64,000 nt of DNA from Ignavibacteria bacterium (GTDB lineage Bacteria; Bacteroidota; Ignavibacteria; Tepidaquicellales; Tepidaquicellaceae). How positions within the stretch are numbered: position 1 is the first letter of the stretch; each line of letters begins with the position of its first letter. The notes beneath the pieces were generated by a model. The model did not search any database and was not told the DNA's origin. It saw nothing but the letters and a program-made list of their open reading frames with translations. The stretch covers positions 597 to 64,596 of the forward strand of contig JBDHXH010000004.1 in NCBI GenBank assembly GCA_039810605.1. Direction: 5' to 3'. A program made the translations under genes and the position numbers. This document shows positions 55,206 to 64,000 of the stretch, one piece after another.

Positions 55206-57842
55206 TTACTTCAGCAATGTCATTTGTTTTGTAACTTTCGCCTCGCCGTTTATCAACAATGAATAGAAATATGTTCCGCTCGCAAAACCGCTGCCGTCAA
55301 ATTCCACTTCGTAGATTCCGGGATTTAGTTTTTCATTTAACAAAATCTTTAATTCCTTCCCGAGCGCATCATAAACTTTTAACACAACATCGGATTGCTT
55401 AAACCTGACACCGGATGGAATTTCCATTTTGATTCGCGTTGACGGATTAAACGGATTCGGATAATTCTGATGTAAGACAAAATTATCCGGTGCATTTGAA
55501 TCAGAACCCGTAACTTCAACAGGACTTTCAATTAGCTTCCTTTCATAAATTCCGTTTCCGTAAGTGGCTGCTCTTATTTTTCTGCCCGGATAAACTATTG
55601 TAACATCAAATACAAGCGCGTAAGGCATACCGGTCATGTATTCATACCAGTTTGCACCCCCGTTAGTTGTTACATAAACACCGAGATCATTTCCGATATA
55701 AATATTCTGATTATAAATTGGATCCTTGACAACTGCATGAACGGGAACGTCAGGAAGGTTTCCTGAAATGTTAATCCAGTTATCACCGCCGTTTGTTGAT
55801 CTGAATACATGACCTGAACCGAATCCTCCCATAGTTGCATAAATCTCTCTTGAGTTATTTTCGCTTACGCTCATGTCCGTAACATACCTGTTTGGAATAT
55901 CGGAGGTAGTGATGCTTGTCCAGTTCAGACCTGCATTAAACGAACGGAAGACAGTTCCGCTTACCGTGCCACAATACAGCGTATCTGAACTCGTGAATGA
56001 GCACGCTATTGAAAGTATCCTTGAATTATTAAATGCCGTTGTCCCGTAAGGTCCCTGCCATGAAGTCCCGTTGTTTATTGATTTGTAAATTGACTTGGCT
56101 CCCGCAAATAATATGTTTGGATTTGACTTTGAGCAAATGAAAGGAGCGACAAAACAATAATTGCTTGAATTCCCTGCACCTGGCGGAGATATCCCGCTCC
56201 AATCAACACCACGGTTCGTTGACTTGTTAATCGCTCCGTATGTATATTCAGTATAACAAATCTGATCGTTCTGCGAGTTGATGGCACAGCTCATTCCGTC
56301 TCCATAGAATGTCTTGAACCATGCATTTGATCCCTGATAAAATGCCGAGCGGTTATCCTGAAGTCCACCTATACAAAAAATTGAATCCTGGTATGAGTTG
56401 GCAAATGTTGCATAAAACTGTGAAGTAACCAGTCCTCCGTTGCAGGCATAAAATGTTTCGCAAAAATCATTTGACCTGTATAAGCCCCCGTCGGCTGTAA
56501 TGTAAATCTTGTTAGGGTCTTTCGGATTTTGTTCGAAGTAATGAACGTCCGCATGCACAAAGTCAGGTGGACCTTCCGGTTCCCCGGGAGGTGTCGCGCC
56601 CTCATTCCAGGCACTCCAGTCAGACTTTGTTGTAAATGAACTTCCGCCATTAATTGATTTTTCAACATTTATGGTTCCTACCAAAATTGTGTTGGGATCA
56701 TTAGCTTTTACAAAATGGCCGTTGTTGTACCAACCTTGATTTCCTATGGGAACCGTTGTGCTCAACGCAGTCCAGTTGTTCCCCGCATTAGTACTTTTAT
56801 AATACCCAACATAAGATAAATCATTGGGAATACTTGCATAAATAAAATTCTGATTGCCTTTATACAATTCTATCGTAGCTTTGCCGGTCCATGAGGCAGG
56901 CAATCCACCGGAAAGTTTTGTCCAATTGATTCCTCCGTTTGTAGACTTGAATATTCCCTTATCAGTCAAAGGCACATTGTTAGTCAGATTGCCAACAGAT
57001 GCATAAAGAACATTTGTGTCGCTCTGATTAAGTTTCAAGTCCATTACCATCTTGTAATTAGCAACCTGCATCCAACTCGTTCCAGCATTTATTGATTTGT
57101 AAATGCCTTCGCTTGTCGCTGCATAAAGTACATTTGAATTTTTCGGATTGATGATTACTCTCCAGACTCCCCGCTTATTATCGTAGCTCCAGTCTAACGA
57201 TTTTGTCCAAGTGCTGCCTCCGTTCACGGATTTTAAAATTCCGATTCCGTACATCCCTCTTGTTACCCTTACATCTAAACCGTTTTCAGAAAATTGATAT
57301 CCGTAATTTTCTCCTGTGCCGATATACATGACATTAGGATTTGCGGAATCAATGGCAATCGAGCTGACAGCAGAGCTCGGAAACCCCGTGTTTACAAGGG
57401 TCCACGCATTTGCGCCAATGCCGCCTGTCGTTGATTTCCATAAACCGCCTGATGATGAACCCAAAAAAATTATGCTTGTATCAACAGGATGAATCGCCAC
57501 GCTCAAACATCTTCCTCCAATATTATTGGGTCCGATGGATTGCCATGGGTCAGAATTATCTTGCTGATTGATTTGCTGAAGCGCCGATTTTGAATATTCA
57601 AATGCTTTGTAAAATTTGTCTGCAGGAATATCTGTTTCCGGATATGCTCTGACTTGCGATATCCATTGCATTGCCTCTAAAGCGCCGGAGCTTAATCGCT
57701 CTTCATCTTTATATTCTTCCGATGTCTTCCTGTGTGATTTTTCTTTCATTGGTGATTTACTTTTCTCAATTACCAACGAGAGAAGAATTGTCAAAGCAAG
57801 GAAAATAATTATTCCAAATAATAGAATTAGTTTCGATTTCAT
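55206..57842 (-). CDS. Secreted BNR/Asp-box beta-propeller protein (sortilin/VPS10- or GH74-like) with a T9SS C-terminal sorting domain
   Basis: About 11 S-x-D/N-x-G-x-x-W repeats (KSVNGGSTWTK, KSTNGGINWTK, RSTNGGDNWIN...). Signal anchor at the N-terminus. C-terminal NYPNPFNPST...VYDALGKE...GTYFYSL...KQMTLLK. Confidence 0.82.
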   Translation of the reverse strand: MKSKLILLFGIIIFLALTILLSLVIEKSKSPMKEKSHRKTSEEYKDEERLSSGALEAMQWISQVRAYPETDIPADKFYKAFEYSKSALQQINQQDNSDPWQSIGPNNIGGRCLSVAIHPVDTSIIFLGSSSGGLWKSTTGGIGANAWTLVNTGFPSSAVSSIAIDSANPNVMYIGTGENYGYQFSENGLDVRVTRGMYGIGILKSVNGGSTWTKSLDWSYDNKRGVWRVIINPKNSNVLYAATSEGIYKSINAGTSWMQVANYKMVMDLKLNQSDTNVLYASVGNLTNNVPLTDKGIFKSTNGGINWTKLSGGLPASWTGKATIELYKGNQNFIYASIPNDLSYVGYYKSTNAGNNWTALSTTVPIGNQGWYNNGHFVKANDPNTILVGTINVEKSINGGSSFTTKSDWSAWNEGATPPGEPEGPPDFVHADVHYFEQNPKDPNKIYITADGGLYRSNDFCETFYACNGGLVTSQFYATFANSYQDSIFCIGGLQDNRSAFYQGSNAWFKTFYGDGMSCAINSQNDQICYTEYTYGAINKSTNRGVDWSGISPPGAGNSSNYCFVAPFICSKSNPNILFAGAKSIYKSINNGTSWQGPYGTTAFNNSRILSIACSFTSSDTLYCGTVSGTVFRSFNAGLNWTSITTSDIPNRYVTDMSVSENNSREIYATMGGFGSGHVFRSTNGGDNWINISGNLPDVPVHAVVKDPIYNQNIYIGNDLGVYVTTNGGANWYEYMTGMPYALVFDVTIVYPGRKIRAATYGNGIYERKLIESPVEVTGSDSNAPDNFVLHQNYPNPFNPSTRIKMEIPSGVRFKQSDVVLKVYDALGKELKILLNEKLNPGIYEVEFDGSGFASGTYFYSLLINGEAKVTKQMTLLK

Positions 57843-58955
57843 GCCTGGTAAAATTTCTTAAAACTAATTTTTCAATATGTAAAATAAAATTCATAACGAC
57901 TAATCTTTTATTAAAATGATCCATGAATGACGGATCGTCAGAAATCGAATTTATTCATTTGATAAAGTTGAATTGTATGTTACGAACATGATTTCCAAAA
58001 AACTAATTCTTGTTATTCCGGTAAATTATTTTCAAAAGCTTGAATGCTGATTTTACAATAGTTAAGCCGTAATATTTGCAATGAACTTAAGACTCATAAT
58101 CTCGGATGCTTTTCATTCCACTGTCTTTGAAATGAAATACTTTAAAAATATTTGCAAAGCTCTTCTTCGGACGGAATTATGAAATCAAATGACTTAAAAA
58201 TTTTGTTCGCATTGAAGACAATGAAACAAGGAGACAAGTTTCCATTTTCCAATGTAATGAATAACCCATATCACTGCAACAGATCCCGGAGCACCACATG
58301 CAATTTTTTTATCCATTGAATTGACGAGTCCAAAAGTGGAACTCAAAGTAAGAGTATTCGCGAACCTCCAAAGTCCTTGGATAAGGTGTCACTCCTGCTA
58401 ACAAAGGGGCTTCTTTCGGGAGAAATGCTCTCCGCGCCTGTGATGGATAAACAAGCTGATTTATCCGACCCTTGATCAAGTGTTTCAACCTTTAGCAATC
58501 TTGCAAACTCGTCTGAAAGTATTTGTTTGGCAATGTCATAATCAACTGTCATTTTTAAAACCAAAATCCTCGGCTTCGAGAGCTGCCCACAACTCTTGAA
58601 AAACTTCCGCTTCATAATCATTATAACTTCTCTGAAGCAATGGACCTTAAATTTTATAGTAACCAAATTCAGTATGTCCCCAATTAGTTGAATGAGTACC
58701 GAAAGATCTTCGCGGTCAACCCCTCTCTTTGAGCCGCTTTTAATAACCGCCCGACTTCAAATTCTATATTGATCAGAATCTATCGTTGGCATTCTGATGA
58801 GTGGCACAAACCATTGTTTCTCGTGAAACAAAAATAAATACTATGAAATCAGTTATTTAGCGAGTTCCAGGGTTCTTGCAGAGTGGGCCATCTGATGATT
58901 TGCGACGAAATCTTTCCATAGAAAATTTGCGTTAAATGTATTAAATTTACAGGTT

Positions 58956-60857
58956 GTGGAAAAGCCTTTTGACATAATAGTTATAGGAGCGGGGCATGCC
59001 GGCGTTGAGGCAGCTCTTTCCTCTGCGAAAATGGGTTGCAGGGTTGGTATGGTTACAATGGATACTTCTGCAATAGGTCGCATGAGCTGTAACCCGGCAA
59101 TCGGAGGCACGGCAAAAGGTCACCTGGTTCGCGAAATTGATGCTTTGGGTGGAGTTATGGGGTATCTTGCTGATAAAACAGGTATTCAGTTTAAGATGCT
59201 TAACATTTCAAAAGGACCCGCTGTCTGGTCTCCAAGGTGTCAATCTGATAAAGACCTGTACTCTTTTGAAGCTGCAAAGATATTATCCAATACCGAAGGG
59301 ATAGAACTAATAGAAGGTACGGTTCGTGAGTTAGTCGTCAGTTCTGATGATTTTCCAGGGGTTTATAATTACAAAATCAGAGGAGTTATTACCGAAAAGG
59401 GAGATGTAATAAATTGCGCATCAGTCATAATTACATCAGGCACGTTTCTGAATGCAGTGATGCACACAGGAAATTCTAAAACCGTTGGCGGAAGGATAGG
59501 CGAAAAATCAGCAACCGGATTATCGGAATGTATGCGAACTCTCGGCTTTGAAACCGCAAGACTTAAGACTGGGACACCTCCGCGACTCGATATCAATTCA
59601 ATTGATTTTTCCAAAACTGAAGTACAGAAAGGGGATTCTCACCCGCAACCATTTTCGCACATAAAACATTCGGGATTTCCGTCACAGAAACAGGTTGACT
59701 GCTATCTGACTCATACAAATCAAGATACTCATGATATTCTTCGTACGGGCTTTGAAGATTCACCTATGTTCACCGGCAGAATTAAGGGCGTGGGTCCCCG
59801 TTATTGTCCATCAATAGAAGACAAGATCTCAAGATTTTCGGATAAGCCAAGACATCAGATTTTTCTTGAGCCGGAGACGCTTGAAGGAAACACAATTTAC
59901 ATGAATGGGTTTTCTACAAGCCTGCCGCTTGATGTTCAGCAGAAAGCTGCCAGAACCATCAATGGTCTTGAAAATGTAAATCTCATAAAGCAGGGCTATG
60001 CGGTAGAATACGATTTTTTTCCCACGCATCAGATAAATTTAACTCTTGAATCCAAATTGGTTTCCGGACTTTATACTGCAGGTCAGATTAATGGTACTTC
60101 GGGCTATGAAGAAGCTGCTGCGCAAGGACTGATGGCCGGAATCAATGCGGCTTTGAAAATCAAAAACGAAGAGCCATTCATTCTCAAAAGGAGCGAAGCT
60201 TATATCGGTGTCCTCATAGACGACCTCATTAACAAATGTCCTCTCGAACCATATCGTATGTTTACATCTTGCGCCGAATACAGACTGGTGCTTCGTCAGG
60301 ATAATGCTGACCTCCGGCTGATGAAATATGGACACAGGCTTGGTCTTATCGCTGATGAACTATTTAATGAACTAAAGAATAAACAATCTTTGATAAGAGA
60401 CGGAATCGAATTCTTCACTTCAAAAACAATTTCTCCATCTGCGGTTAACAAGCTATTGAAGGATAATAATTCAAGCGAGTTATTACAAAACGAATTTCTT
60501 GCCGGTCTCATAAAGAGAAACGAAATCCGGCTTGCTCAAATACTGAATCTTGATCTGTTCAATGAGAATGAATTGATAAACAAACTTAAAGATAACCCTG
60601 AAGCTGTGAACCAGATTGAAATTGAAATCAAGTATAAGGGATACATTGACAGGCAGGATGAACAAATCAGCCATTTCGAAAAAAACGAAGGAATCCGCAT
60701 CCCCGGGGACTTTAAATATGAAAAAATTAAATCACTCTCTGCTGAAGCTCTGGAAAAGTTGAGCAAGATTAAACCTCATTCAATCGGTCAGGCAATGAGA
60801 ATAGCCGGTGTCCGTCCTTCGGATATTTCCGCCGTCATGATTTACATGCGCGGTTAA
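58956..60857 (+). CDS. mnmG: tRNA uridine-5-carboxymethylaminomethyl(34) synthesis enzyme MnmG (GidA)
   Basis: FDIIVIGAGHAGVEAA, SCNPAIGG, GPRYCPSIEDK and FLAGQINGTSGYEEAAAQG-type motifs, present here as YTAGQINGTSGYEEAAAQG. GTG start. Confidence 0.96.
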   Translation: MEKPFDIIVIGAGHAGVEAALSSAKMGCRVGMVTMDTSAIGRMSCNPAIGGTAKGHLVREIDALGGVMGYLADKTGIQFKMLNISKGPAVWSPRCQSDKDLYSFEAAKILSNTEGIELIEGTVRELVVSSDDFPGVYNYKIRGVITEKGDVINCASVIITSGTFLNAVMHTGNSKTVGGRIGEKSATGLSECMRTLGFETARLKTGTPPRLDINSIDFSKTEVQKGDSHPQPFSHIKHSGFPSQKQVDCYLTHTNQDTHDILRTGFEDSPMFTGRIKGVGPRYCPSIEDKISRFSDKPRHQIFLEPETLEGNTIYMNGFSTSLPLDVQQKAARTINGLENVNLIKQGYAVEYDFFPTHQINLTLESKLVSGLYTAGQINGTSGYEEAAAQGLMAGINAALKIKNEEPFILKRSEAYIGVLIDDLINKCPLEPYRMFTSCAEYRLVLRQDNADLRLMKYGHRLGLIADELFNELKNKQSLIRDGIEFFTSKTISPSAVNKLLKDNNSSELLQNEFLAGLIKRNEIRLAQILNLDLFNENELINKLKDNPEAVNQIEIEIKYKGYIDRQDEQISHFEKNEGIRIPGDFKYEKIKSLSAEALEKLSKIKPHSIGQAMRIAGVRPSDISAVMIYMRG

Positions 60858-60930
60858 ATCTTTTTTCTCAAAAAAATTTTTTTTTCAATAATTAATTAAA
60901 GTTTATTTTTTAAAACTCTATTCCGTAAGC

Positions 60931-62265
60931 ATGAAACTAACCTTGAAACCTAATTCGCTTTCAAAAATTTTATCAGACTTAGCAACATCAAACAAGAAGC
61001 TAAAGAAAATTTATCCGGGCGAGGGTTCTGACAGGCAGCCGGTACAAACTGTTTACGGCGGCGCGCAACTTTTCAAAAAAAATACTACAAAGAGAATTGG
61101 TGAACTCGCTGCAAAATCTTTCGAAGAGTATTTGCCAAATCATAACGCCTTGCGCGAGGTGTTTGGAATTACCGATGAGAGTCTGGCAAAGACGGTTCAC
61201 GAAAAGGTAAAAAATAAACTGCAGGCTGAAGCTGTTGAAGATTTTAGAATTGATTTCGAAGACGGGTTCGGATTTCGTCCCGATGAAGAAGAGGACAGAA
61301 CTGCAGAATTCGCCGCGATGGAAACTGCCGCAGCAATGAACGAATCATTACTTCCCCCATTTATCGGCATCAGGGTAAAAACACTTACCGAAGAGTCAAA
61401 GCGAAGAACATTGCGCACTCTTGATATCTATATGACAACGCTCACTGAAATTTCCAAAGGCAAACTGCCTGATAATTTTGTGGTTACTCTGCCAAAGGTA
61501 GCATCAGCCAGCCAGGTGGATTCTCTGGTTTCAATTTTTAAAATACTTGAAAAAAAGTTGAAACTTGAAAAGGGAAGTCTCAAAATGGAATTGATGATCG
61601 AGACACCGCAGTCAATTTTTGATTCAAACGGAAACGCAAATCTCCTTCCGCTTGTCATCGCATCAAAGGGCAGATGCAAGGCTGCTCACTTCGGCGTTTA
61701 TGATTATACAGCTTCCTGCGAAGTCACGGCTAAGCTTCAGACAATGCGTCATCCCGTATGCGACTTTGCAAGAAATATGATGAAGGTTTGTCTGGCGGGA
61801 ACAGGAGTATGGCTTTCGGACGGAGCAACAAATATTTTGCCTGTCGGTCCGCACCGCGGAGAAAATTTGTCAGGGGAACAGCGGATTGAAAACATAAATG
61901 CAATTCATAATGCATGGAAGACCAGTTATGATGACATAATGCATTCTCTTCGCAGCGCATTTTATCAGGGTTGGGATCTGCATCCGGCACAAATTCCGGT
62001 GCGCTATATTGCAGTATACTCATTCTTCTTAAGCGGACTCGAACAGGCATCGGGGCGGCTAAAGAATTTCATTGACAAAGCAGCGCAAGCTACATTAGCT
62101 GGCGATATATTTGATGATGCAGCAACGGGGCAGGGATTGCTCAATTACTTTTTACGCGCACTCAATTGCGGAGCAATTACGGAAAAAGATGTGACAGAAA
62201 CCGGTCTTTCGATTGATGAAATAAGACTGAAGTCGTTCTTGAAAATCATGGAAAGAAGAAAGTAA
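60931..62265 (+). CDS. HpcH/HpaI aldolase / citrate-lyase-beta-like TIM-barrel superfamily protein (uncharacterised subfamily)
   Basis: 444 aa. The acidic motif FRIDFEDGFG resembles the DLEDA/metal-binding strand of CitE/malyl-CoA-lyase-type enzymes, and the later ELMIETPQ strand fits the same fold. The subfamily assignment is uncertain. Confidence 0.4.
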   Translation: MKLTLKPNSLSKILSDLATSNKKLKKIYPGEGSDRQPVQTVYGGAQLFKKNTTKRIGELAAKSFEEYLPNHNALREVFGITDESLAKTVHEKVKNKLQAEAVEDFRIDFEDGFGFRPDEEEDRTAEFAAMETAAAMNESLLPPFIGIRVKTLTEESKRRTLRTLDIYMTTLTEISKGKLPDNFVVTLPKVASASQVDSLVSIFKILEKKLKLEKGSLKMELMIETPQSIFDSNGNANLLPLVIASKGRCKAAHFGVYDYTASCEVTAKLQTMRHPVCDFARNMMKVCLAGTGVWLSDGATNILPVGPHRGENLSGEQRIENINAIHNAWKTSYDDIMHSLRSAFYQGWDLHPAQIPVRYIAVYSFFLSGLEQASGRLKNFIDKAAQATLAGDIFDDAATGQGLLNYFLRALNCGAITEKDVTETGLSIDEIRLKSFLKIMERRK

Positions 62266-62276
62266 CCCATTACTAA

Positions 62277-62389
62277 CCGATTCACGATTGACGATTCACG
62301 ATTAACGATTAACGATTGACGATTGACGATTCACGATTACCGATTAACGAATTGACGATTAACGATTAACGATTCACGATTACCGATAT
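62277..62389. repeat. Heptanucleotide tandem array, 16 units of (A/C)CGATTN (one 8-nt unit)
   Basis: CCGATTC ACGATTG ACGATTC ACGATTA ACGATTA ACGATTG ACGATTG ACGATTC ACGATTA CCGATTA ACGAATTG ACGATTA ACGATTA ACGATTC ACGATTA CCGATAT. The array starts 12 nt after the stop at 62265 and ends 54 nt before the radA ATG. Confidence 0.92.
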
Positions 62390-62443
62390 TTCTACAACAT
62401 TTCACCTAACTTCTCTATGATTCAATTTTTATATTGAACGGTT

Positions 62444-63808
62444 ATGTCAAAAGTAAAATCAAAATATGTGTGCCAGAATTGCGGCTACAGTTCTGTAAGG
62501 TGGAGCGGAAAGTGCCCAGAATGCAATTTGTGGAATACTCTCGTCGAAGAGATTATTACTATTGACAAAAGGAAAAACTCGTCGAAGACTTCACTAAAAA
62601 TCAACGAACAAAGTTTCAAACCTCTTTCCGAAGTTGTATCCTCAAATGAGGCAAGAACTCTAACTCACATTGCAGAACTTGACAGAGTTCTCGGGGGTGG
62701 AATTGTTGACGGCTCTGTTATCCTCATCGGCGGTGATCCCGGCATCGGCAAATCAACACTGATGCTTCAGATCGCAGATAAGATTTCTGCAAGAAAGATT
62801 CTCTATGTTAGCGGCGAAGAGTCAGCTTCACAAATAAAACTGCGCGCAGACAGACTAAACTACAGACTCGGAAATTTTTTCATATTATCGGAAACAAATC
62901 TGGGAATTATCGAAGCTGTTATCGAAAGAGAATTGCCTGATATCGTAGTAATTGATTCAATACAGACTGTTTACAGAACCGAAATAGAGAGTGCTCCCGG
63001 AACGGTCTCACAGTTGCGCGAATCCACAGCCTTACTGATGAATCTTGCAAAGTCAAAAAATTTTTCAGTACTCATAGTCGGACATATTACGAAAGAAGGT
63101 TTAATTGCTGGACCGAAAGTTCTGGAACACATGGTTGATGTAGTCCTTCAATTTGAAGGCGAAAGAACTCATTCGTTCAGAATACTGCGCGGAATAAAAA
63201 ACAGATTCGGTTCAACAAATGAAATCGGCATTTTCGAAATGACAGATGCGGGATTAAGGGAAGTACAAAACCCGAGTGAGGTTTTTTTATCGCAGCGAAA
63301 TTACGGAGCATCCGGATGCGTCATTTCATCCTCAATGGAGGGAACCCGTCCTATATTGATTGAAGTTCAGGCGCTTGTAACATCATCCAATTACGGAATT
63401 CCGCAGCGAACTTCGATGGGATTTGATTATAAAAAACTTAGCATAATTGTAGCAGTGCTTGAAAAAAAACTCGGACTGCACCTCAACAAATATGACATAT
63501 TTTTAAACATTGCCGGAGGCGTAAAGATTGATGAACCCGCTATTGATCTTGCGGTGGCTATGAGTATTTATTCTTCATTCAAAGATATCCCGGTTGATTC
63601 AAATACAGTTCTCATCGGCGAGGTTGGGCTTTCGGGAGAAGTCAGGACGATTTCTTATCCGGAAAGAAGAATTAATGAAGCAGCAAAACTTGGCTTCAAA
63701 AAATTACTCGTCCCAAAGGGAAATCTAAAGAATCTTGACCTTAAGAGGAGTGATGTGAATATAATCGGAGTTGATAAGCTTTCAGATGCTATCGGGAAAA
63801 CAATCTGA
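62444..63808 (+). CDS. radA: DNA repair protein RadA (Sms)
   Basis: N-terminal zinc finger CQNCGYSSVRWSGKCPECNLWNT. Walker A GGDPGIGKST. RadA-specific KNRFG motif. C-terminal Lon-protease-like domain. Confidence 0.96.
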   Translation: MSKVKSKYVCQNCGYSSVRWSGKCPECNLWNTLVEEIITIDKRKNSSKTSLKINEQSFKPLSEVVSSNEARTLTHIAELDRVLGGGIVDGSVILIGGDPGIGKSTLMLQIADKISARKILYVSGEESASQIKLRADRLNYRLGNFFILSETNLGIIEAVIERELPDIVVIDSIQTVYRTEIESAPGTVSQLRESTALLMNLAKSKNFSVLIVGHITKEGLIAGPKVLEHMVDVVLQFEGERTHSFRILRGIKNRFGSTNEIGIFEMTDAGLREVQNPSEVFLSQRNYGASGCVISSSMEGTRPILIEVQALVTSSNYGIPQRTSMGFDYKKLSIIVAVLEKKLGLHLNKYDIFLNIAGGVKIDEPAIDLAVAMSIYSSFKDIPVDSNTVLIGEVGLSGEVRTISYPERRINEAAKLGFKKLLVPKGNLKNLDLKRSDVNIIGVDKLSDAIGKTI

Positions 63809-63811
63809 AAT

Positions 63812-64000
63812 TTATTTATGCAGGTTTGTTAGTGTTCTCTTAATCTTTTCGACGTGATTACTCCATAGCTCTATGGCTTCGCCGGTCTTCTTTTGTTTGC
63901 AGTATTCCAGAAATTTTCTGTGAGTTGAAATATCATAAGTTTGAGTGCCGGAAATTTCAAAGATTTCACTAAGCCAGCGTATGTTATGCCTGTACAAACT
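63812..64000 (-). CDS. C-terminal fragment of a possible GntR/FadR-type (FCD domain) regulator; 5' end lies beyond the window
   Basis: The reading frame stays open to the window edge. The tail ...THRKFLEYCKQKKTGEAIELWSNHVEKIKRTL resembles the last helices of FCD ligand-binding domains. The assignment is weak. Confidence 0.3.
   Translation of the reverse strand, partial: SLYRHNIRWLSEIFEISGTQTYDISTHRKFLEYCKQKKTGEAIELWSNHVEKIKRTLTNLHK

Noticed and set aside
58180-58316. A mutually antisense pair of mini-ORFs: plus strand MKSNDLKILFALKTMKQGDKFPFSNVMNNPYHCNRSRSTTCNFFIH, minus strand MDKKIACGAPGSVAVIWVIHYIGKWKLVSLFHCLQCEQNF. Both were considered as a RiPP precursor or small toxin.
   Set aside because: No adjacent maturation, immunity or transport genes are present, and there is no recognisable leader or core pattern. 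The two ORFs exclude each other. There is no evidence beyond being open.
58361-58440. An RNase P RNA-like signature (CCAAAGTCC followed by GATAAGG...CTAAC, reminiscent of GGAAAGUCCGGGC...AUAGGG...GUAAC).
   Set aside because: The other universally conserved RNase P blocks (ACAGAAAGCAAACC-like, GGUAAGGGUGAAA-like, the 3' ACAGAACCCGGCUUA-like block) are absent. The surrounding sequence is AT-rich and does not form the expected long-range helices by eye.
58802-58820. A TGGCAC hexamer upstream of mnmG, considered as a third sigma-54 promoter.
   Set aside because: The -12 region reads ATTGT with wrong spacing and no GC. It lies about 150 nt from the start of a housekeeping gene. TGGCAY heptamer-level matches are expected about 15 times by chance in 64 kb.
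62277-62389. The heptamer arrays (here and at 32927-33006) considered as CRISPR arrays.
   Set aside because: The units are 7 nt and contiguous, with no spacers. There are no 24-48-nt repeats and no cas genes in the window.

Overview
This is a dense 64-kb chromosomal window of about 45 protein genes from a low-GC bacterium. It looks like the FCB group (Ignavibacteria/Bacteroidota-like). Two proteins carry T9SS C-terminal sorting domains, TAnnTTTG-type -7 boxes precede several genes, Shine-Dalgarno sequences are weak or absent, and many longest ORFs begin with TTG or GTG.

Most of the content is housekeeping: recA-recX, rsmA, HU, icd, carA, sdhA/sdhB, a DEAD-box helicase, mnmG and radA. Interspersed are:
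- a large CHASE3/PAS/GAF histidine kinase with a sigma-54-type response regulator;
- many peptidases (Ntn acylase, M1, S8, S9, S1C-TPR, S51);
- transporters (APC, EamA, and a FecCD permease with no partner genes nearby);
- a block of large secreted proteins with dockerin-like C-termini.

I saw no rRNA, tRNA, CRISPR array, transposase, integrase or recognisable defence-system gene, and nothing I can call a novel system with confidence.

The items most worth a second look are:
1. a signal-peptide protein gene wedged between sdhA and sdhB, in an operon with no membrane-anchor gene;
2. two intergenic heptanucleotide tandem-repeat arrays with a related core in opposite orientation (32.9 kb and 62.3 kb);
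3. the 36.1-43.4 kb cluster: two paralogous secreted proteins sharing a dockerin-like C-terminal module, one internally duplicated, flanking an uncharacterised helical protein and a perfect 12-bp inverted repeat;
4. a 12-bp tandem repeat that triplicates a perfect TAACTTTG -7 box in front of the kinase, plus two candidate sigma-54 promoters flanking the kinase/activator operon;
5. a 1.1-kb region upstream of mnmG with no intact gene.

All functional calls come from reading the translations and recognising motifs. No database search was possible.
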